From an uncultured bacterium (GTDB taxonomy: Bacteria > AUK180): DNA of 38,075 bases. The notes below the pieces were generated by a model that saw nothing but the letters and a program-made list of their open reading frames with translations, was not told the DNA's origin and did not search any database. The position numbers and the translations under genes were made by a program. The stretch covers positions 1 through 38,075 of the forward strand of contig CALMGJ010000026.1 of the NCBI GenBank assembly GCA_937863565.1, in the 5' to 3' direction. Positions 34,461 through 38,075 of the stretch are shown here, in pieces (position 1 is the stretch's first letter; each line of letters begins with the position of its first letter).

Positions 34461-34970
34461 TCGCCGCGCCTTTTCCCACTGTTCTTTTCTTATCTCTATC
34501 AGAATGCCTTTTTCGCTTCTTTCCACTTCCCTGAAGCCGTATTTTAAAAGCATCCGGAGGCCGGCGGGATTCCCTGCCCACAGGAGGTCCCGCATTACTT
34601 GTCCTTGGCGCTTTTCGAAAAAATATTTCAGCATGAGCTCTACGCTCTCTCTTCCGTATCCCCTGCCCCTGTATGCATATCTTATCTTTACATTGAACAT
34701 GGCCGCGCCCGTTTTACTGTTGAGATCGTGAAAACTCACTTCTCCCACGCAAGCCCCGCTGCCGTTCTCGTAGATCAGAAAATAGGCGTTTCTGTCCTTA
34801 CCCGCCACGAACATTTTATCATACCAGATTTTATAGCGGCCGTGGTTTATAGGATATGTTCCGCCCACATCACGCATGGTCTCTTCGTCCTCCCAGATGT
34901 TTTTAACGTGAAGGTAGCCGTTCTCATCGGGTTCGGCAAGCTCAATGAGTTTCCCCTTTAATCTCAGCAT
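34449..34970 (-). CDS. GNAT family N-acetyltransferase (RimJ/RimL-like)
   Basis: YRGRGYGRE acetyl-CoA motif A, N..GL..L.KYGF motif B, VGEVSF. Confidence 0.85.
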   Translation of the reverse strand: MLRLKGKLIELAEPDENGYLHVKNIWEDEETMRDVGGTYPINHGRYKIWYDKMFVAGKDRNAYFLIYENGSGACVGEVSFHDLNSKTGAAMFNVKIRYAYRGRGYGRESVELMLKYFFEKRQGQVMRDLLWAGNPAGLRMLLKYGFREVERSEKGILIEIRKEQWEKARRNEE

Positions 34971-34973
34971 TTC

Positions 34974-35885
34974 CTATTCGCTCCTTTTTTTTGCTTTAAT
35001 CCCGATCATTTCGATATCGGGAAAATTCTTTTTCACCGCCGAGATGCCTGAAATGAATGCCGATGTTGACAGTATATCGGACATCAGAGGTTCATCGCAG
35101 ATGACGGTAACAGCCCTGTAAAAAGCGGCGGGATAACCGGTCGCAGGGTCGAAGATATGGCAGTATCTTCTGCCGTTCATCTCAAAATACCTTTCATAAT
35201 CCCCGGATGTTGCAACGCATTTGTTCCTGATCGTAATTATTTTCCCGTATTCCCCGGCAGCAGAGTCGGGATCCTGTATCCCGATCTTGAAATTCCTTTC
35301 CCCTCGGCCCATGACATTGCCTCCGAAATTGAGAAGATAGGTCTTCACCCCCCTTTCCTCGAGATATTTCCCTGCAAGTTCCAGAAGAAATCCTTTTCCG
35401 CAACCGCCAAGGTCAACAATACAGTCCGAGATGCGGAGTTCATTCTCTTTCAAGGTGATATTGCCGCGGCCGACGACTTTCTCGAGTTCCTCTTTCGCAG
35501 GCACCCTGTAATTCCTGTCGGTGAATCCCCAGATATCGCAAAGGCGGCCGGAAAGCATATTGAAACCGGGGGCTTGTTTTTCTATATCGAGAACGCGCGC
35601 GATCAGATCCGTATACCATTCAGGCGCTTGTACGGATCCGGTTTCATTTAATCTTCCGGTAAGCGAGGCCGGCGCATGCCTGTCTATTTCGAATGCGTAT
35701 TTTTCCAGATACGCTTCAAGTTCAGAAAGAAGGTTCTCCCGGCATTTTTCATATACCTTGACCGTAAAATATGAATCCGCCATGAAAAAACCGTGTTCCG
35801 TAACAGGCTCCTTTTTGCATGACAGCATAGAAATAAGGAGAAGGAATATGAATCCTTTAGTCAAGCAGCCCGAAGATCTGTTCAC
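34974..35885 (-). CDS. apbE: FAD:protein FMN transferase (ApbE family) lipoprotein
   Basis: Lipobox MLSC; DLGGCGKG, LLNFGGN, IGIQDP, VATSGDYERYF..NGRRYCHIFDP.TGYP, SDILST. Exact start uncertain. Confidence 0.92.
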   Translation of the reverse strand: MNRSSGCLTKGFIFLLLISMLSCKKEPVTEHGFFMADSYFTVKVYEKCRENLLSELEAYLEKYAFEIDRHAPASLTGRLNETGSVQAPEWYTDLIARVLDIEKQAPGFNMLSGRLCDIWGFTDRNYRVPAKEELEKVVGRGNITLKENELRISDCIVDLGGCGKGFLLELAGKYLEERGVKTYLLNFGGNVMGRGERNFKIGIQDPDSAAGEYGKIITIRNKCVATSGDYERYFEMNGRRYCHIFDPATGYPAAFYRAVTVICDEPLMSDILSTSAFISGISAVKKNFPDIEMIGIKAKKRSE

Positions 35886-37539
35886 GGAGGAACTCCATGG
35901 TCTTTCTTACTGTTTCTTCTCCGAAATCGAATTTTATGCCGGCAGCTTCATATATCTCGGGAATGGGTTTCGAATATGAGAGAGAGAGGGCTTTTTTATA
36001 TTTGGCAAGGCCGATGACGGGGTCATTGCTGTAATTGCGCCATACCTGAAGCGCTCCCAGCTGGGCAATACCGTACTCAATGTAGTAGAATGGGGCGTCA
36101 AAGATATGAAGCTGCTTATGCCACATCGTCCTTTCGAACTCCTCTGTTCCGGAAACATCGATATTCCCCCCGAACTCCTTTCTTATACCGAGCCATTTAT
36201 CCTCTCTTCCGGCCGGGCCGGCATGAGGATTTGTGTATACCCATTGCTGGAATGAATCAATGGACGACATCCAGGGGAAAAACTTGACAATACCCTCAAG
36301 CTCCCCGAATACTGCGAGTTTGAGGCATTCCGGATCTTTATAAAAAACATCGAGGTTCTTGAGATTTAGAAGCTCCATTGACATCGAGGCAAGCTCGGCA
36401 ACCTCGGACGGAAGTTCAAGATAACGGTACAGGTCCTCGTTCTTACCGAGGAAAGTATGGGCGGCATGTCCGGACTCGTGAAGAAGCGTGAAAAGATCAT
36501 TATTGAGTCCGACGGCATTCATGAAAATGAACGGCATTTTCGTCCGGGGCAGGGGATAATTATATCCTCCTGGAGCTTTGCCGGAACGCGAATCGAGATC
36601 GAACATGTCATTTTTTTTCATTACCCTTATATTATCCGCGAAGGCGGGATCGAGACGCGACAGGATCGCCTCTGTTTTTTCAAGAAATTCCTCGCTGTCC
36701 TTGAAGGGCCTCAGTTCTTTGTCTGAGAGAAAATCCACCTCTGTATCCCATGGCCTGACCTCGTCCAGGTCAAGACGTTCCTTTCTGATATTGAGAATTT
36801 CATTCCAGAAAGGTACTATGATCATTTTTACGGATTCGTGAAATTCCACGCAGTCCGCCGGAGTATAATCGAAGCGTTTGAGTTCCTTATGCTTGAAGTC
36901 CCTGAAGTTCTCGAACCCGGCATTCAATGCCATTCTGTGTCTGACGGAAACAAGTTTATCGAACACTCCATTCAATTCCCCGGCTTTTTCGCGGCGGGCC
37001 CGGTTCAAGGCCATATACGCTTCCCTGCGGACCTCTCTGTTTTTATCTTTGAAGAATATTGCCATCTTTTGAGGAGTATAGCTGTTCCCCCGGAATTCTA
37101 CGGATATCGAACCGGAAATCTTGAAATATTCATGCCCTAATTTATCCGCTTCTACAAAAAGAGGAAGGTTCTTCTCGCTGAATATCTCGGAATCGTTTTT
37201 TAATATGCGGAGGAGATTTGCATATCTGTTCCCCGGCAGGGCGGCGGCGAATTCACTCTCGATGATCTTCTTTAATATCTCGAAAGCGTATTTTTTTGAC
37301 GGAGATACAACGGTCTCATTGAATTTTTCGTATTCGTCACCGTACTCCTTATTCCCTGTATATCTCGTCATTTTTATATAGGCGCGTGCAAGCTCCTCGG
37401 AGATGATCACGGCAAGTTCCGAATCATCTTTTATCAATTCTTCAAGATCGGATAGGGAATCGATGTTCCTTCCGAGCAGTTCTTCGGATACGTTTTTTAC
37501 TTCTTCCCAATTAAAAGGATCGAATTTCCCGAGACTCAT
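35857..37539 (-). CDS. M3 family oligoendopeptidase (PepF/M3B-like)
   Basis: KRFDYTP, RPWD, GKAPGGYN, PFIFMNAVG, TLLHESGHA.H (HExxH), EVAELASMSME, W.KQLHIF..PFYYIEY; GGAGG RBS. Confidence 0.93.
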   Translation of the reverse strand: MSLGKFDPFNWEEVKNVSEELLGRNIDSLSDLEELIKDDSELAVIISEELARAYIKMTRYTGNKEYGDEYEKFNETVVSPSKKYAFEILKKIIESEFAAALPGNRYANLLRILKNDSEIFSEKNLPLFVEADKLGHEYFKISGSISVEFRGNSYTPQKMAIFFKDKNREVRREAYMALNRARREKAGELNGVFDKLVSVRHRMALNAGFENFRDFKHKELKRFDYTPADCVEFHESVKMIIVPFWNEILNIRKERLDLDEVRPWDTEVDFLSDKELRPFKDSEEFLEKTEAILSRLDPAFADNIRVMKKNDMFDLDSRSGKAPGGYNYPLPRTKMPFIFMNAVGLNNDLFTLLHESGHAAHTFLGKNEDLYRYLELPSEVAELASMSMELLNLKNLDVFYKDPECLKLAVFGELEGIVKFFPWMSSIDSFQQWVYTNPHAGPAGREDKWLGIRKEFGGNIDVSGTEEFERTMWHKQLHIFDAPFYYIEYGIAQLGALQVWRNYSNDPVIGLAKYKKALSLSYSKPIPEIYEAAGIKFDFGEETVRKTMEFLREQIFGLLD

Positions 37540-37982
37540 TTTTTACCTCCCCTTGTCTTTTTAATCTTGGAAAGGATGAATGGTTTTCCGGGTGTGCATT
37601 TTTTCAGGTTCATAGCGGCATCGTTCACGGCGGGGCCGATGATATCCGTAAAATTCATTGCCGGGTGACCAAGTTTCACCACAACCGCAGGACCGGTGGA
37701 CATTGATATCTTAAATCCCGTCTCTATCCCGTTCAATGTGAACCGGCAATTGAGGATCATTTCTTCAGCTGCGGTCAGGGCATTTTTCTCGTCCTGGAAA
37801 TAGAAAAGAACGCTGTCGCCGATATATTTCACTATCTTGCCCTTATGCCCGAGGATGATCCCGCCGGCTTTTTTAAATACCTTGTTCAGGAAAGATGCCT
37901 GGGCTGATGCATTCAGCTTGCCTGCTGCCTCCATGTATCTGTCAAGATCTGCAAAGCATGCCGTGATCGTTTTCTCTTTCAT
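37536..37982 (-). CDS. Stand-alone class III adenylate/guanylate cyclase catalytic domain
   Basis: FADL, GKIVKYIGDSV, STG, DIIGPAVN.AA; GAGGTG RBS before ATG 37982. Confidence 0.8.
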   Translation of the reverse strand: MKEKTITACFADLDRYMEAAGKLNASAQASFLNKVFKKAGGIILGHKGKIVKYIGDSVLFYFQDEKNALTAAEEMILNCRFTLNGIETGFKISMSTGPAVVVKLGHPAMNFTDIIGPAVNDAAMNLKKCTPGKPFILSKIKKTRGGKK

Positions 37983-38041
37983 AAGCACCTCTTTTGATAT
38001 CTTGTTTTTTTCTATATATATTCTAAGATAAAAGCCGACCT

Positions 38042-38075
38042 CTATTTGATGATCATGAACTTCCCGGTCAGTTCC
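38042..38075 (-). CDS. C-terminal end of an upstream gene (partial)
   Basis: Frame reads ...ELTGKFMIIK-stop(TAG at 38044-38042), resembling the ends of secreted proteins with a C-terminal Ig-like sorting domain. Only 10 codons are visible. Confidence 0.35.
   Translation of the reverse strand, partial: ELTGKFMIIK

Noticed and set aside
1-38075. CRISPR array, tRNA/rRNA, IS element, integrase or prophage
   Set aside because: Intergenic gaps are all short, and I saw no repeat-spacer pattern, cloverleaf, terminal inverted repeats or mobility motifs. A covariance-model scan would be needed to exclude small ncRNAs.

Overview
A gene-dense 38 kb chromosomal window from a probably diderm bacterium (it has lnt and several lipoproteins), with strongly diverged protein sequences and roughly 45-50% GC by eye. 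Left (minus strand): an AT-rich segment (about 1-1050) with two secreted-protein genes, then a five-bladed-propeller glycoside hydrolase-like gene, a DUF2723/TMEM260-like glycosyltransferase and two hypotheticals. Centre (plus strand, 5218-23882): one tightly packed run of three M42 peptidases, purine nucleoside phosphorylase, a RecJ-like protein with an inserted DnaQ/DEDDh exonuclease domain, mfd, two PrsA/SurA-like lipoproteins, a divergent DUF523 protein, a large propeller-TPR membrane protein, truA, a degenerate MCP-like protein, an ABC solute-binding protein and lnt. Right (minus strand): class III cyclase, M3 oligoendopeptidase, ApbE, GNAT, then a coupled operon of DHH phosphoesterase, unknown small protein, Clp1/Grc3 polynucleotide kinase and MscS, then a LiaF-like protein, rmlA, rmlC, MBL hydrolase, sucCD, lipid kinase and folD. 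The best candidates for new biology are the DHH/unknown/Clp1 operon (possible nucleic-acid end-processing module) and the RecJ-DEDDh nested fusion. I saw no rRNA, tRNA, CRISPR array or transposase. All family calls come from motif recognition by eye; no database search was run.
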